The translations under genes and the position numbers were made by a program. A stretch of DNA of 64,000 nt from an uncultured delta proteobacterium (lineage in GTDB: Bacteria; Desulfobacterota; RBG-13-43-22), in NCBI GenBank assembly GCA_963711835.1, contig CAVQFQ010000005.1:224001-288000 (forward strand). Direction: 5' to 3'. Positions 11,093 to 21,119 of the stretch are shown in pieces. Below the pieces are notes generated by a model. That model was not told the origin of the DNA, did no database searches, and saw only the letters and a list, made by a program, of their open reading frames with translations. How positions within the stretch are numbered: the first letter of the stretch is position 1; each line of letters opens with the position of its first letter.

Positions 11093-11467
11093 ATGAGGCA
11101 GAAAGCATTAGTTGTCGATGATAATGGAAACAATCTGATGCTGGAAAAAGACCTTTTGGAGGTCGCTGGCTTTGAAGTATTTGGAGCTGAAAATGCTGCC
11201 GATGGAATTGCCATTGCCAGGAGAGAAAAACCGGATATTATAATTATGGATGTGCGGCTTCCAGATATGCGCGGTACCGAAGCCGCCAAGATATTACGTC
11301 AAGAAAAAGAAACACGCGATATTCCCATTGTTTTTGTGACTGCTTCTGTAATGGCAGAAGGCAGAGAAGAGATAAAAGCCATAACTAACACTGGATTTAT
11401 AGGTAAGCCGATAAATACGCGCACCTTTGCGAAAGAAATTAGTCAATTTATTAAGTCAGTTATCTAA
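11093..11467 (+). CDS. single-domain response regulator (DivK/CheY-like)
   Basis: VVDD, IIMDVRLP, FVTA and IGKP. Confidence 0.9.
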   Translation: MRQKALVVDDNGNNLMLEKDLLEVAGFEVFGAENAADGIAIARREKPDIIIMDVRLPDMRGTEAAKILRQEKETRDIPIVFVTASVMAEGREEIKAITNTGFIGKPINTRTFAKEISQFIKSVI

Positions 11468-11501
11468 TATATTGAAAAGTAAAATTCAAGAGAGTTAGAG
11501 G

Positions 11502-13764
11502 ATGAAAGACAAACCAGTAATCTTAGTTGTTGATGACGAGCCCCAAAACATTGAACTTCTCGAAGCCTATCTTGTTCCGCAGGGTTATGAAATTGTCAAG
11601 GCGGCAAACGGCGAAGAAGCGCTGGGGAAACTTTCTGGTAATCAAATCGATCTGATTCTGCTGGATGTAATGATGCCCGGCATGGATGGTTTTGAAGTTA
11701 TCCGCAGGGTCAGGCAAGATAATACACATCGACTGCTTCCGATAATCCTGGTTACCGTATTGCAGGAAACGGAAGATCGGGTAAAGGGCATTGAAGCCGG
11801 GTGTGATGATTTTATTTCACATCCTGTTGATAAGATGGAGCTTTTAGCCCGGATCCGGTCCCTGCTAAAGGTCAAGGCCTACAACGACTTGATGAGTAAT
11901 TACCAGAAAGAGCTGGAGTCCGAGGTAACCAGGAGGACTGAGGAATTAAAACATGCCTTGGAGAACCTGCAGCAGGACATTGTCGAACGTAAGCAGATGG
12001 AGGCGGCGCTGCTGAAGTCGGAAGAAAGGTACCGGGTGATTTTCGAGGGGAGCACGCAGGGCATACTTATTACTGATATTGAAACGAGGCGGTTTCTATA
12101 TGCCAACCCATCCATCTGCCAGATGTTTGGATATTCAGATGTAGAGTTACTGCAGTTGAGTATAGCGGACATACATCCAAAGGACTCGCTGGGCCAGTTG
12201 ATCTCGGATTTCAAGTCTCAAACTCAAGGGAAGAAGCCGATATCTTCTGCGATCCCGTGCCTGCGGAAAGACGGCACGGTTTTCTATGCTCACATCACCG
12301 GTGCTAACACCAAAATCAACGGTCGGGAATGTTCTGTGGGCTTCTTTTTGGACATCACCAAGCGCGAGCAGGCGCAGCAGGCGCTGCGGGAGAGCGAGAA
12401 GAAATATCATGATCTATATGATTTTTTGCCAATCCCAGTCTATGAAATGGATTTTGAAGCCAATATTACTTCTGCCAACCGCGCTATTTATGAAACTTTT
12501 CGAGGTACAGAAGAGGATTTAAAGAAGGGTTTTAAGGGATGGCAGCTACTTTCACCAGAAGAGATTGAAAAATCGAGTAAGAACATTGAAAGGCTGTTAA
12601 AGGGGGAGAAAATAGAGGGTACTGAATATACTTTAATGAGGTTAGATGGGTCTGTCTTTCCTGCCATAGTAATCTCAAGTGTCATTTACAGTAATGGCAA
12701 ACCTGTGGGGCTCAGAAGTGCTATCGTAGATATTACGGAGCGCAAGCGGGCGGAGGAGGTCTTGAAGGAAAGTGAAAACAAATATCGCCTGCTGGCCGAT
12801 AATGTCAATGACGTCATTTTCGTTTTGGATATGAATCTGAATTACACCTATGTCAGCCCTTCCGTAAAAATCCTGAGGGGATACGAACCGGAAGAGGTGT
12901 TGAAACAACCACCTTTTGAGACCTTGACTCCCTCCTCCTGGGATCTGGCCATGAGGACCCTATCTGAGATCATGGAGCTGGAAAAATCCGGACGTAGAGA
13001 GATTCCCATATCCCGGACGCTTCAGTTGGAAATGAGGCGAAAAGATGGGACCACCGTGTGGACGGAGGTGAAGTTTTCCTTTATCAGAGATGAAAATCAG
13101 CGACCAGTGGGCATTCTCGGCGTAACCCGTGATATCACCGATCGCAAGCAAGCCTCGATGGAACTCCAGATAAGTTTGGAAAAGCTCAGAAAAGCCATGG
13201 GTGGGATTATTCAAGCCATGGCTCTGACCGTAGAGATCAGAGATCCCTATACCTCCGGCCACCAGCAGCGGGTAGCCGACTTGGCCAGGTCCATTGCCCA
13301 GGAGATGGGGCTTTCCGAAGACCAGGTGGATGGCCTGCGCATGGCCGGTATTGTTCACGACTTGGGAAAAATTGCAGTCCCGGCCGAAATCCTCAGTAAG
13401 CCTACTAAATTAACTAATCTTGAATTTTCTTTAATCAAGACCCATCCGCAGATCAGTTATGACATCCTGAAAGACATCGATTTCCCCTGGCCGATAGCTG
13501 AAATCATTCTTCAGCACCATGAAAGGTTAGACGGCTCCGGTTATCCACAAGGCTTGATGGGAGCGAATATTCTTTTAGAAGCCCGTATCCTGGTTGTGGC
13601 CGATGTGGTTGAGGCCATGGCCTCGCACCGTCCTTACCGGCCAGCCCTGGGAATTGATGCCGCCCTGGAGGAGATCGAGAAAAACAAGGGCGTTCTGTAC
13701 GACCCTGATGGTGGTCGATACCTGCTTGAGGCTATTCCGGGAGAAGGGGTTCAGTCTCAATTGA
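11502..13764 (+). CDS. REC-PAS(x3)-HD-GYP c-di-GMP phosphodiesterase; +1 frameshift near 13710
   Basis: Receiver N-terminus, three PAS/PAC blocks, HDLGK and HHERLDGSGYP; the usual tail VVDTCLRLFREKGFSLN* is in the +1 frame, ending TGA 13764. Confidence 0.88.
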
Positions 13765-14055
13765 TCGGAGGAATTTCTTCCCGCCTGCCATCAGAATTGA
13801 GTCACGGAATTTGGGGAGTTGCTATCGCATATTTCAAGTGCAAATCGTTGTTTTGTGTGCCTATGGTTTTTAACGACTTGTAGGTGACATTGATAAATTT
13901 GGGGTGGAGAGGCAATTTTCGAGAAAACTTTTGGGCTTCTTCCTGAGGTCCGCACTTTTGAAAAATTCAAAAGAGTGTATAGTGTAACCTGTAATTGATT
14001 ATTGGTAACTGCCAACCTCCAAAATCATCCGTAATGAAGCTCTAATCTTGATAAA

Positions 14056-14367
14056 ATGAATATGGAGACTAAATACCTAAAAATGATCCACGGGATAAAG
14101 AGAGGGGGGCGAAAGGATTGGACAGTCTATATCATCCGCTGCAGGGATGGGTCGCTCTACACTGGGATAGCCAAAGATGTGCGGGCTCGGGTCAAGCAAC
14201 ATAGTGAGGGTCGGGGGGCAACCTACACCCGAACACGCCTGCCCATCAAGCTGTTATATCAGCAAGAAGGCTTGACGCATTCCGAAGCTCTTATCCGAGA
14301 AGCACAGATAAAAGCCCTGCCCCGGTCCAAGAAAGAGGAAATCATCTTTAATACATTTTGTGGCTGA
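14056..14367 (+). CDS. small GIY-YIG nuclease family protein
   Basis: WTVYIIRCRDGSLYTGIA, GATYTR and EALIREAQIK. Confidence 0.88.
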   Translation: MNMETKYLKMIHGIKRGGRKDWTVYIIRCRDGSLYTGIAKDVRARVKQHSEGRGATYTRTRLPIKLLYQQEGLTHSEALIREAQIKALPRSKKEEIIFNTFCG

Positions 14368-14420
14368 CGGTTCATTCCAGCCGTCGCCGGCCTTCGTCCC
14401 GCTTGGCTGCATGCTCGCGC
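14362..14420 (+). mobile_element. degenerate integron attC-like site
   Basis: GGCTGAC-GGTTCATTCCAGCCGTCGCCGGCCTTCG...GGCTGCATG resembles aadA-type attC (CTAACAATTCATTCAAGCCGACGCCGCTTCGCGGCGCGGCTTAATTC, from memory); gene stop lies inside R''; R' GTT missing. Confidence 0.5.
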
Positions 14421-14471
14421 ACCATTTTTCAGAATAGGTTGTTGTCAATAAAATATTCTAAGGAGGAATAT

Positions 14472-14897
14472 ATGTCGCTTACCCGAGAAGAGATGCTGAA
14501 GGCTATGAAAGAATGGAATCTTGCCTGGGACAACCATGATCTCGAAGGCGTTATGAAACTCTTTCATGATGATGTCCTGTTTGAAAACTGGACCGGTGGA
14601 AAGGCCCTGGGCAAGGAAGCGCTTCGGAAGGCCTGGGCGCCGTGGTTTGCGAATCACGGAGGGTTCAGATTTACGGAGGAAGACATTTTTATTGACGAAA
14701 AAGAACAGAAATTACTTTATCGCTGGGAGCTTTCCTGGCCTTCGCTTGAAAAAGGTTATGAGGGAAAACCTGAAAAACGCAGGGGCGTCGATGTGATTCA
14801 TTTTAAAGACGGGAAGATTATAAAGAAGATGACCTATTCAAAAACAACCCTTGAAATAGACGGACAAAGGTTTCCTCTTCACCTTTCAAATAAATGA
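14472..14897 (+). CDS. SnoaL/NTF2-like domain protein
   Basis: AGGAGG SD before ATG 14472; AWDNHDLEGVMKLFHDD and RGVDVIHFKDGKI. Confidence 0.85.
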   Translation: MSLTREEMLKAMKEWNLAWDNHDLEGVMKLFHDDVLFENWTGGKALGKEALRKAWAPWFANHGGFRFTEEDIFIDEKEQKLLYRWELSWPSLEKGYEGKPEKRRGVDVIHFKDGKIIKKMTYSKTTLEIDGQRFPLHLSNK

Positions 14898-14900
14898 AAA

Positions 14901-15014
14901 ATGACTGAGGTCGATCCCCTTATCTGACCCCAATGTCTGGGATTGATGCGGATTATCAACATGATCGAAGACCAGGAAGTTTTCAACAAGATACTTCTTA
15001 TCAAAACAATATAG
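14901..15014 (+). pseudogene. remnant of an IS91-family-type transposase C-terminus
   Basis: Translates MTEVDPLI*PQCLGLMRIINMIEDQEVFNKIL, matching the EVDPLxCPxCxGxMRIIxxIED tail of these transposases. Confidence 0.65.
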
Positions 15015-15026
15015 GAGGACGGGGGG

Positions 15027-16388
15027 TTGAAGAGCATTCGCATTGGGGCAGGACAAGGTTTCTGGGGGGACACGCCTTTCCCGGCCTTGGACGTGGTGCA
15101 GGCGGGCCAGGTGCGCTATCTCGCTTGCGACGCCTTGGCCGAGTTGACCCTGGCCCTTTTGCAGAAAGGCCGGCAGAAAGAACCCGATAAGGGCTACGTG
15201 GAGGACAGGTTCTTTCGTGTTCTTCTGCAACCGTGTTGGGCCAAGGGCGTTAAGATACTGACCAACGCCGGAGGAATCAACCCTGTCGGGGCGGGGCAGA
15301 TGGTCTTCGATTTGGCCAAGACCATGGGCCTGAGGGGGATGCGGATCGCGGTCATCACCGGAGATGACATCCTGGATATGATCGACGTGCTCAGAGATAA
15401 GGGTGTTGATCTTCGTGATATGGAAACAGGCGGGAACATAGCGACCATCCGGGGCAGAATTCTTTTCGCGAACGCCTATCTCGGGGCCAAGGCCATGGTC
15501 GAAGCGCTCCGGCAGGGAGCGGACGTTGTCATCACCGGGCGGACTTCCGATCCGGCCCAGTTCCTTGCCCCTCTGGCCTACGAGCTCGGCTGGGAATGGG
15601 ATGACTGGGATCGCTTGGCGGCAGGAATATTGGTCGGGCACCTTTTGGAATGTTCAGGGCAGAGCACGGGGGGCAACTTTAGCGGAGACTGGTGGAACAT
15701 ACCGGAAATGGAAAGAATCGGCTACCCGGTGGCCGAGGTATACGAGAACGGTGATGTCGTGCTGACCAAGCCCGACGGAACGGGTGGCCGAGTCGACTTG
15801 GGGACCGTCAAGGAACAGATGCTCTATGAGGTCCACGATCCGTCCGCCTATGTGACGCCCGACGTTGTTGCCGATTTTTGTTCCCCTCGCCTCGAGAAGG
15901 CAGGGCGGGACAGGGTGCGGATCACTGGAATGAGAGGCAAGCCCCGTCCGGAGAATCTGAAGGTATCGATCGGCTACAGCGACGGGTGGATGTGCGATGC
16001 GACCATACGCTACTCATGGCCGCAAGCGATGAGGAAGGCGCGAAAGGCCGAAGAGATCGTTCGGAAGCAATTCGAATGGCTGGGGATGCACTTCGAAGAG
16101 GTTCTGACCGAATACGTAGGATATAACTCGCTCTGCGGACCACTGGCCTTCGGGGACGGCGAGGACCTGAACGAAGTCGGGCTGAGAATCGCGGTGCGCT
16201 CGCGCGACAGATTAGAAGCCGCGAGGATGCCTCGTCTGTTTCCTCCCCTGGCTCTGAACGGACCCCCTACGGCCAGTGGATGGGCCGGCACGCCGCAGCC
16301 CCGAGAGTTGATCGGCCTGTGGTCGGCTCTGGTCCCGAGAGAACAGGTGGAAAGCCAGGTCAAGATCGCGATCAGGGAGGTGAATTGA
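15027..16388 (+). CDS. acyclic terpene utilization AtuA family (DUF1446) protein
   Basis: GAGQGFWGD, LAELT, TNAGGINP, ANAYLG, GHLLECSGQSTGGNF and EQMLYEVHDP. Confidence 0.9.
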   Translation: MKSIRIGAGQGFWGDTPFPALDVVQAGQVRYLACDALAELTLALLQKGRQKEPDKGYVEDRFFRVLLQPCWAKGVKILTNAGGINPVGAGQMVFDLAKTMGLRGMRIAVITGDDILDMIDVLRDKGVDLRDMETGGNIATIRGRILFANAYLGAKAMVEALRQGADVVITGRTSDPAQFLAPLAYELGWEWDDWDRLAAGILVGHLLECSGQSTGGNFSGDWWNIPEMERIGYPVAEVYENGDVVLTKPDGTGGRVDLGTVKEQMLYEVHDPSAYVTPDVVADFCSPRLEKAGRDRVRITGMRGKPRPENLKVSIGYSDGWMCDATIRYSWPQAMRKARKAEEIVRKQFEWLGMHFEEVLTEYVGYNSLCGPLAFGDGEDLNEVGLRIAVRSRDRLEAARMPRLFPPLALNGPPTASGWAGTPQPRELIGLWSALVPREQVESQVKIAIREVN

Positions 16389-16390
16389 AC

Positions 16391-16801
16391 GTGCCAAAAA
16401 TCCGCCTTGTGGAGTTGGCCCACGCACGTTCTGGGGACAAAGGGAACACGGTTAACATCGGTCTTTTCCCCTACCAGGAAGGGAATTACGAGCTGTTGAG
16501 AAGCACGGTAACGGCCGAGCGGGTAAAGGAACATTTCAGGGGTCTGGTTGATGGAGAAGTCGTGCGCTACGAGGTGCCGAACCTGCAGGCTTTCAATTTC
16601 GTGCTCAGGAACGCGCTCAACGGAGGGGCCTCTCGCTCTCTTCGTAGCGACAATCTCGGGAAATGTTTCGGCGCTTCTTTGTTGAGGATGGAAATCGAAG
16701 TAAAGGTGATACCCCCGGGCTTACGCCGGTGGGTATCTACGGTTGCTTCTCCTGGAGAATTCCTTCCTGTTTTGGAGTTGGAGGTGTCCCCTCCCCCGTG
16801 A
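16391..16801 (+). CDS. small AtuA-associated protein
   Basis: GTG start; LAHARSGDKGN and GGASRSLRSDNLGK; the frame runs past the expected MEIEV end into mtgA. Confidence 0.8.
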   Translation: MPKIRLVELAHARSGDKGNTVNIGLFPYQEGNYELLRSTVTAERVKEHFRGLVDGEVVRYEVPNLQAFNFVLRNALNGGASRSLRSDNLGKCFGASLLRMEIEVKVIPPGLRRWVSTVASPGEFLPVLELEVSPPP

Positions 16802-17576
16802 TATTTTGTGGGGCTTCCGGTGAACCGGGAGAAACAGACTCAACCGAAATTTCCTCGCTCCGCATGACTTCTTCATAGACCGGAATGAGTAGGCCGCGCC
16901 GGATCATGATGTTTTGTACGATCCGGGACCGGTTTTGAACGGTACGGGAATTTCCCACCGGATTCCATCTTAAGGGATTGGGCAGGACCACGGCCAGGCG
17001 GGCGGCCTCTTCCGCTCCCAGGGCGGCCGCTCCCTTTCCAAAATAATGCCGGGCCGCGGCCTCAGCCCCGAAGATCCCCTCCCCCCATTCCACAACATTA
17101 AGGTAAAGTTCGATGATCCGTTTCTTGGAAAGGGCCTGTTCGATTCTCCAGGTGAGGATGGCTTCTTTGAGTTTTCGAACCGGGTTTTTCGAGGGCGTCA
17201 GAAAGAGGTTTTTGGCCAACTGCTGGCTGATGGTGCTGGCCCCCCATTTAAATTTTTTGGCCTTCAGATCCTTCTCAATGGCCTTCTGGATAGCCTCAAA
17301 ATCAAAACCTTCATGGGACCAGAATTTGTCGTCTTCGGCAATAATGACGGCCTTGACCAGATAAGGTGAGATGCGCGTAAGGGGCACCCAGGTCTGCCGG
17401 ATTCGAACCGCTCGTCCCTCCTCCAGCCATTGCCTCTCCCGGTATTCCATGAAGGCGGTTTTCTTCGGGTTTTCTTTCTTTAAAATGGCGACCTGGGGAA
17501 AGAAGAAAAAGGAGCCCAAATGGAGCAGGAAGCCCAGGAAAAGGACCCCAAGGATAAGGATCAATTTTTTAATCAT
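16737..17576 (-). CDS. mtgA: monofunctional peptidoglycan transglycosylase
   Basis: EDDKFWSHEG, GASTISQQLAKNL, RKLKE and LYLNVVEWG GT51 motifs; N-terminal TM. Confidence 0.92.
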   Translation of the reverse strand: MIKKLILILGVLFLGFLLHLGSFFFFPQVAILKKENPKKTAFMEYRERQWLEEGRAVRIRQTWVPLTRISPYLVKAVIIAEDDKFWSHEGFDFEAIQKAIEKDLKAKKFKWGASTISQQLAKNLFLTPSKNPVRKLKEAILTWRIEQALSKKRIIELYLNVVEWGEGIFGAEAAARHYFGKGAAALGAEEAARLAVVLPNPLRWNPVGNSRTVQNRSRIVQNIMIRRGLLIPVYEEVMRSEEISVESVSPGSPEAPQNITGEGTPPTPKQEGILQEKQP

Positions 17577-17845
17577 TTCTTCTTCACCCAAAGGTTAAAA
17601 AGATCCCCCTCCGATGGTCTCATGAGGGGGAATCCTTTTAAAACGTGTAAAAACCTCTTAATAACCATCTACCGGAATGTTTTATTTTGCAAATTATTTT
17701 CAAAAACGGCATCATGAAAGCGGGTGGCTGCCAAGGGATCGGCCAGGATAGCCATTGCTTTTTCTGATCGGTTTTGTCATAATTTATATACTTCATTTTA
17801 GAATTTTCCCTCAAACCATCGGCAGCAAAGGGGCTTCTCAAGGAC

Positions 17846-19933
17846 ATGAAACTAAGGGTCAAAATTTCCATCTTTCTCTCCGTCCTCCTAATTGTCGCCC
17901 TCCTGGTTCAAGCTTACCTCTTCCATCACTTTTTCCAGAGCGCCCTGCTGAGTAATGCCCAATTCTGGCAGGGTAAAATGGCCGAATCCCTGAGCGACAA
18001 GTTAAACAGTCAATTGAAAGAGGCCCAAACGGCCCTGCTGAATATCTCTAATTTTCTGGGAGCCCGATCGCTTCTTTCCAACGATATCAGCGTCGTTGAA
18101 AAAAACCTCAAGTCCGCTTTCACCTCCAGTTCCCTTTTTGATAATGATTTGTTCATCCTCGACAGCCAGGGCCAGGGGACCCTAAGCCATCCTGCTCTAC
18201 CCCATTTCAGGGGAGAAAGTTTTGCATTCCGGGAATACTTCCGACAGACCCAAAGGGACCGCAAGGCAATCATCTCCTCTCCCTATGTCTCCAACCGGAC
18301 CGGGGCGGTTGTTATCACCTTCACCAACCCTTTGCTTTCTCCGGAAGGAAAATTTCTCGGCTTGTTAGGCGGCTCCATGGATATCATGCAGGATAGCCTG
18401 CTGGGGAGACTCAAAGAGATCCGAATCGGAGAGACAGGCAGGATATTGATCTTTGATGCCAACGGTAGGATCATTCTTCAAAGCAATCCCACCGTTTCCT
18501 TTTCAGAAGGCCCTTATTATGTGAGCGACTACATCGGCAAGGACGTTCCCCTGTCTTCCAAGGGCCTGATCCCTTTCCGTTCCAAAGACGGCACACCCTT
18601 TCACCTGGCTTTGAAACGCCTGCCGGCCACGGGCTGGACCCTGGGCATCATCTGGGGCGACAACGAGATGCTGGCCCCATTGAACGTCCTGGAAAAACAG
18701 ATTACCTTTACGCTGTTCATAGGCCTCATCATGGCCCTGCTCCTGGGCGTTTGGGGAACGGAGATCGTGGTTAAACCCCTCCACATCCTTAGCCAGAGTA
18801 TCCGTAATTTCAAAGGGGGCAACTGGGAGGCCCCGCCGGCTTTACTTCAACGACCGGATGAAATTGGAGAGCTGGTCAAGAGCTTCCAGGACATGAGCCG
18901 AAAAGTGGGGGTGATGATTGGTTCTTTGGATTTCCTCCGCTCCTTTTCAGAAGATCTGAACCGCAGCCTCAACTTAGAGGAAGTGCTCGACAAGGCTATA
19001 GACTTAGTGGCCCAGAAGACCGGGGCCGATATGGCTGCCATAACCCTCCTTGATAAGGGCCGAGGCATCGTGGAATATAAAGTCCGTCGAGGCCACACCC
19101 CTGAGTATGTCAAGGCCCATCCCTATTTTCGAGTGGGAGAAGGGGCAACCGGTTCGGTGGTCCAGACCGGTGAGGCGCTGATCCTGCCGGACTATAGTAA
19201 AACCTCCTATGCCACCCCTGAGGCTGTGGAAAAAGGGAATCTCAGGTCCCTGGCTGTTTTTCCCCTAAAAATTCAAGCCCAAACCATTGGGACACTGAAC
19301 ATAGGCTGTACCGACTCCTATGCCTTCCCGGAAGATGAGGTTAATCTCTATCTGAATCTCACCCCTATTATTGCCTCAGCCTTGAATAACGCCCGGGTTC
19401 ATGAGGAGATCCAAACCTTGAATAAAGAATTGGAGGAATTGAGCCGCATAGACGGATTAACCGGTGTTTTCAATCGTCGCTACCTGGAGGAACGGCTGGC
19501 CGGGGAAATCGATCGTTGCGAACGTCTGGGAGGCTATCTGGGGCTTCTTATGATCGACCTGGATAACTTCAAAGGTATAAATGACACCTTCGGCCACGAA
19601 TTCGGGGATGAAATCTTGAGACAGGCCGCCCGGGCACTCCAAGAAAGCTGCCGCAGGATTGATGTGGTCGGAAGATATGGCGGGGATGAGTTCCTGGTCA
19701 TTCTGATTCAGACCGAAGAACCGGTCGCCAAAAAAATCGCTGATAGAATCCGAAGGCGGGCCTTAGAGATTCAACTTCCCGGTTTTCCTGAAAAAATCTA
19801 TGTATCCATCGGGATCGCAGTCGAAAACCAGCACTACCGGGAAATTCTCCGCCAGGCCGACTTTCGGATGTATGCTGAAAAAAAAGCCCATGCCTTAGCG
19901 CGGGCCTCCCAGACACCATCGGATGATTTTTAG
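17846..19933 (+). CDS. Cache-HAMP-GAF-GGDEF diguanylate cyclase
   Basis: Two TM segments around a Cache-like region, HAMP (DEIGEL), GAF, DGLTGVFNRR, RxxD I-site and intact GGDEF. Confidence 0.9.
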   Translation: MKLRVKISIFLSVLLIVALLVQAYLFHHFFQSALLSNAQFWQGKMAESLSDKLNSQLKEAQTALLNISNFLGARSLLSNDISVVEKNLKSAFTSSSLFDNDLFILDSQGQGTLSHPALPHFRGESFAFREYFRQTQRDRKAIISSPYVSNRTGAVVITFTNPLLSPEGKFLGLLGGSMDIMQDSLLGRLKEIRIGETGRILIFDANGRIILQSNPTVSFSEGPYYVSDYIGKDVPLSSKGLIPFRSKDGTPFHLALKRLPATGWTLGIIWGDNEMLAPLNVLEKQITFTLFIGLIMALLLGVWGTEIVVKPLHILSQSIRNFKGGNWEAPPALLQRPDEIGELVKSFQDMSRKVGVMIGSLDFLRSFSEDLNRSLNLEEVLDKAIDLVAQKTGADMAAITLLDKGRGIVEYKVRRGHTPEYVKAHPYFRVGEGATGSVVQTGEALILPDYSKTSYATPEAVEKGNLRSLAVFPLKIQAQTIGTLNIGCTDSYAFPEDEVNLYLNLTPIIASALNNARVHEEIQTLNKELEELSRIDGLTGVFNRRYLEERLAGEIDRCERLGGYLGLLMIDLDNFKGINDTFGHEFGDEILRQAARALQESCRRIDVVGRYGGDEFLVILIQTEEPVAKKIADRIRRRALEIQLPGFPEKIYVSIGIAVENQHYREILRQADFRMYAEKKAHALARASQTPSDDF

Positions 19934-19959
19934 TTCCTTTAGGGGCCTATCCCCTTTCC

Positions 19960-20979
19960 TTAGAACAGGGCCCGGACAAATTCTTCCGGGTCGAAAGGCT
20001 GCAAGTCCTCTATTTTTTCACCGATTCCGATAAACTCGATCGGGATGTGCAGCTCGTGACAGATCCCCACAATAATCCCGCCTTTGGCCGTCCCATCCAA
20101 TTTGGTTAAAATAATGCCGTTGATTTCCAGGGCTTCATGGAATAATTTGGCCTGCGAAATGGCGTTTTGCCCCATGGTGGCATCCAGCACCAGCAGGGTC
20201 TGATGGGGGGCCTCGGGGATCTCTTTCTGGATCACCCGGCGGATTTTTTTCAACTCTTCCATAAGGTTTACCCGGGTATGAAGACGACCGGCCGTATCGA
20301 TCAGGACCACCTCGCTGCTGCGGGAGCGGGCGGCCTGGATGCCGTCATAGACAACGGCGGAAGGGTCGCGGCCTTCTTTTTGACGGATGATTTCGGCCCC
20401 GGCCCGATTAGCCCAGATCTCGAGCTGCTCTCCGGCGGCGGCCCGGAAGGTATCCCCGGCGACCAGGAGTACCTTTCTCCCGGCTTCCCCGAGGCGTTGG
20501 GCCAATTTCCCGATGGTCGTTGTTTTCCCCACCCCGTTCACCCCGACCACCAGAATCACATAAGGGACCTGAGAAAAATCGGGAATTTTCCCGGGCACAT
20601 CCAGGAAACGAAAAATTTCCGCCTGCAGCGTTTCCTTGAGGCGTTCGGGATCGCTCAATTCCTTGCGTTTGACCTTCTCTTGGACCAATTCGATCAGGGC
20701 CCGGGTGGTTTCGACGCCCAGATCCGAGGTAATCAGGATCTCCTCCAATTCATCCAACAGGTCTTCGTCGATGGTTTTCTTGCCCAGGACCAAACGGTCT
20801 ACCCGGGTTATCAGGGTTTCCCGGGTCTTGGTCAGCCGTTCCTTTAAACGGCTGAAAAAGCCTTGGCCGTTTTCTTTTGACTCCTCCAGGGCCCGGGCTG
20901 CTCTTTCCCCGGTCTCTCTCTCCGGCTGGAGATCAGCTGTCTTTTTATCATCCTCTTTCCGGTGAAACCATTTAAACAT
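19960..20979 (-). CDS. ftsY: SRP receptor FtsY
   Basis: GVNGVGKTTTIGKLA, DTFRAAA, DTAGR and TKLDGTAKGG. Confidence 0.97.
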   Translation of the reverse strand: MFKWFHRKEDDKKTADLQPERETGERAARALEESKENGQGFFSRLKERLTKTRETLITRVDRLVLGKKTIDEDLLDELEEILITSDLGVETTRALIELVQEKVKRKELSDPERLKETLQAEIFRFLDVPGKIPDFSQVPYVILVVGVNGVGKTTTIGKLAQRLGEAGRKVLLVAGDTFRAAAGEQLEIWANRAGAEIIRQKEGRDPSAVVYDGIQAARSRSSEVVLIDTAGRLHTRVNLMEELKKIRRVIQKEIPEAPHQTLLVLDATMGQNAISQAKLFHEALEINGIILTKLDGTAKGGIIVGICHELHIPIEFIGIGEKIEDLQPFDPEEFVRALF

Positions 20980-21119
20980 GGGGTTTTCCTTTCCTATTCC
21001 GGCCCGGCCCCCAGGAACGGGAACCGGGCCGCAGATCTCAAGGTGGGAGCCATTATAAAAGAAATCTCCTTCAGGGGAGAAGAAAAAAGTCCGGTTCCTT
21101 TTTTCGGATAGGGGGGCGG

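Noticed and set aside
13765-13883. Extended C-terminus of the HD-GYP ORF in the ORF track
   Set aside because: Produced by the frameshift near 13710; the conventional tail ends at 13764
14925-14927. Selenocysteine in a U-P-Q-C motif
   Set aside because: Lies in a transposase fragment with no clear SD or SECIS; a TGC/TGT-to-TGA nonsense change is simpler
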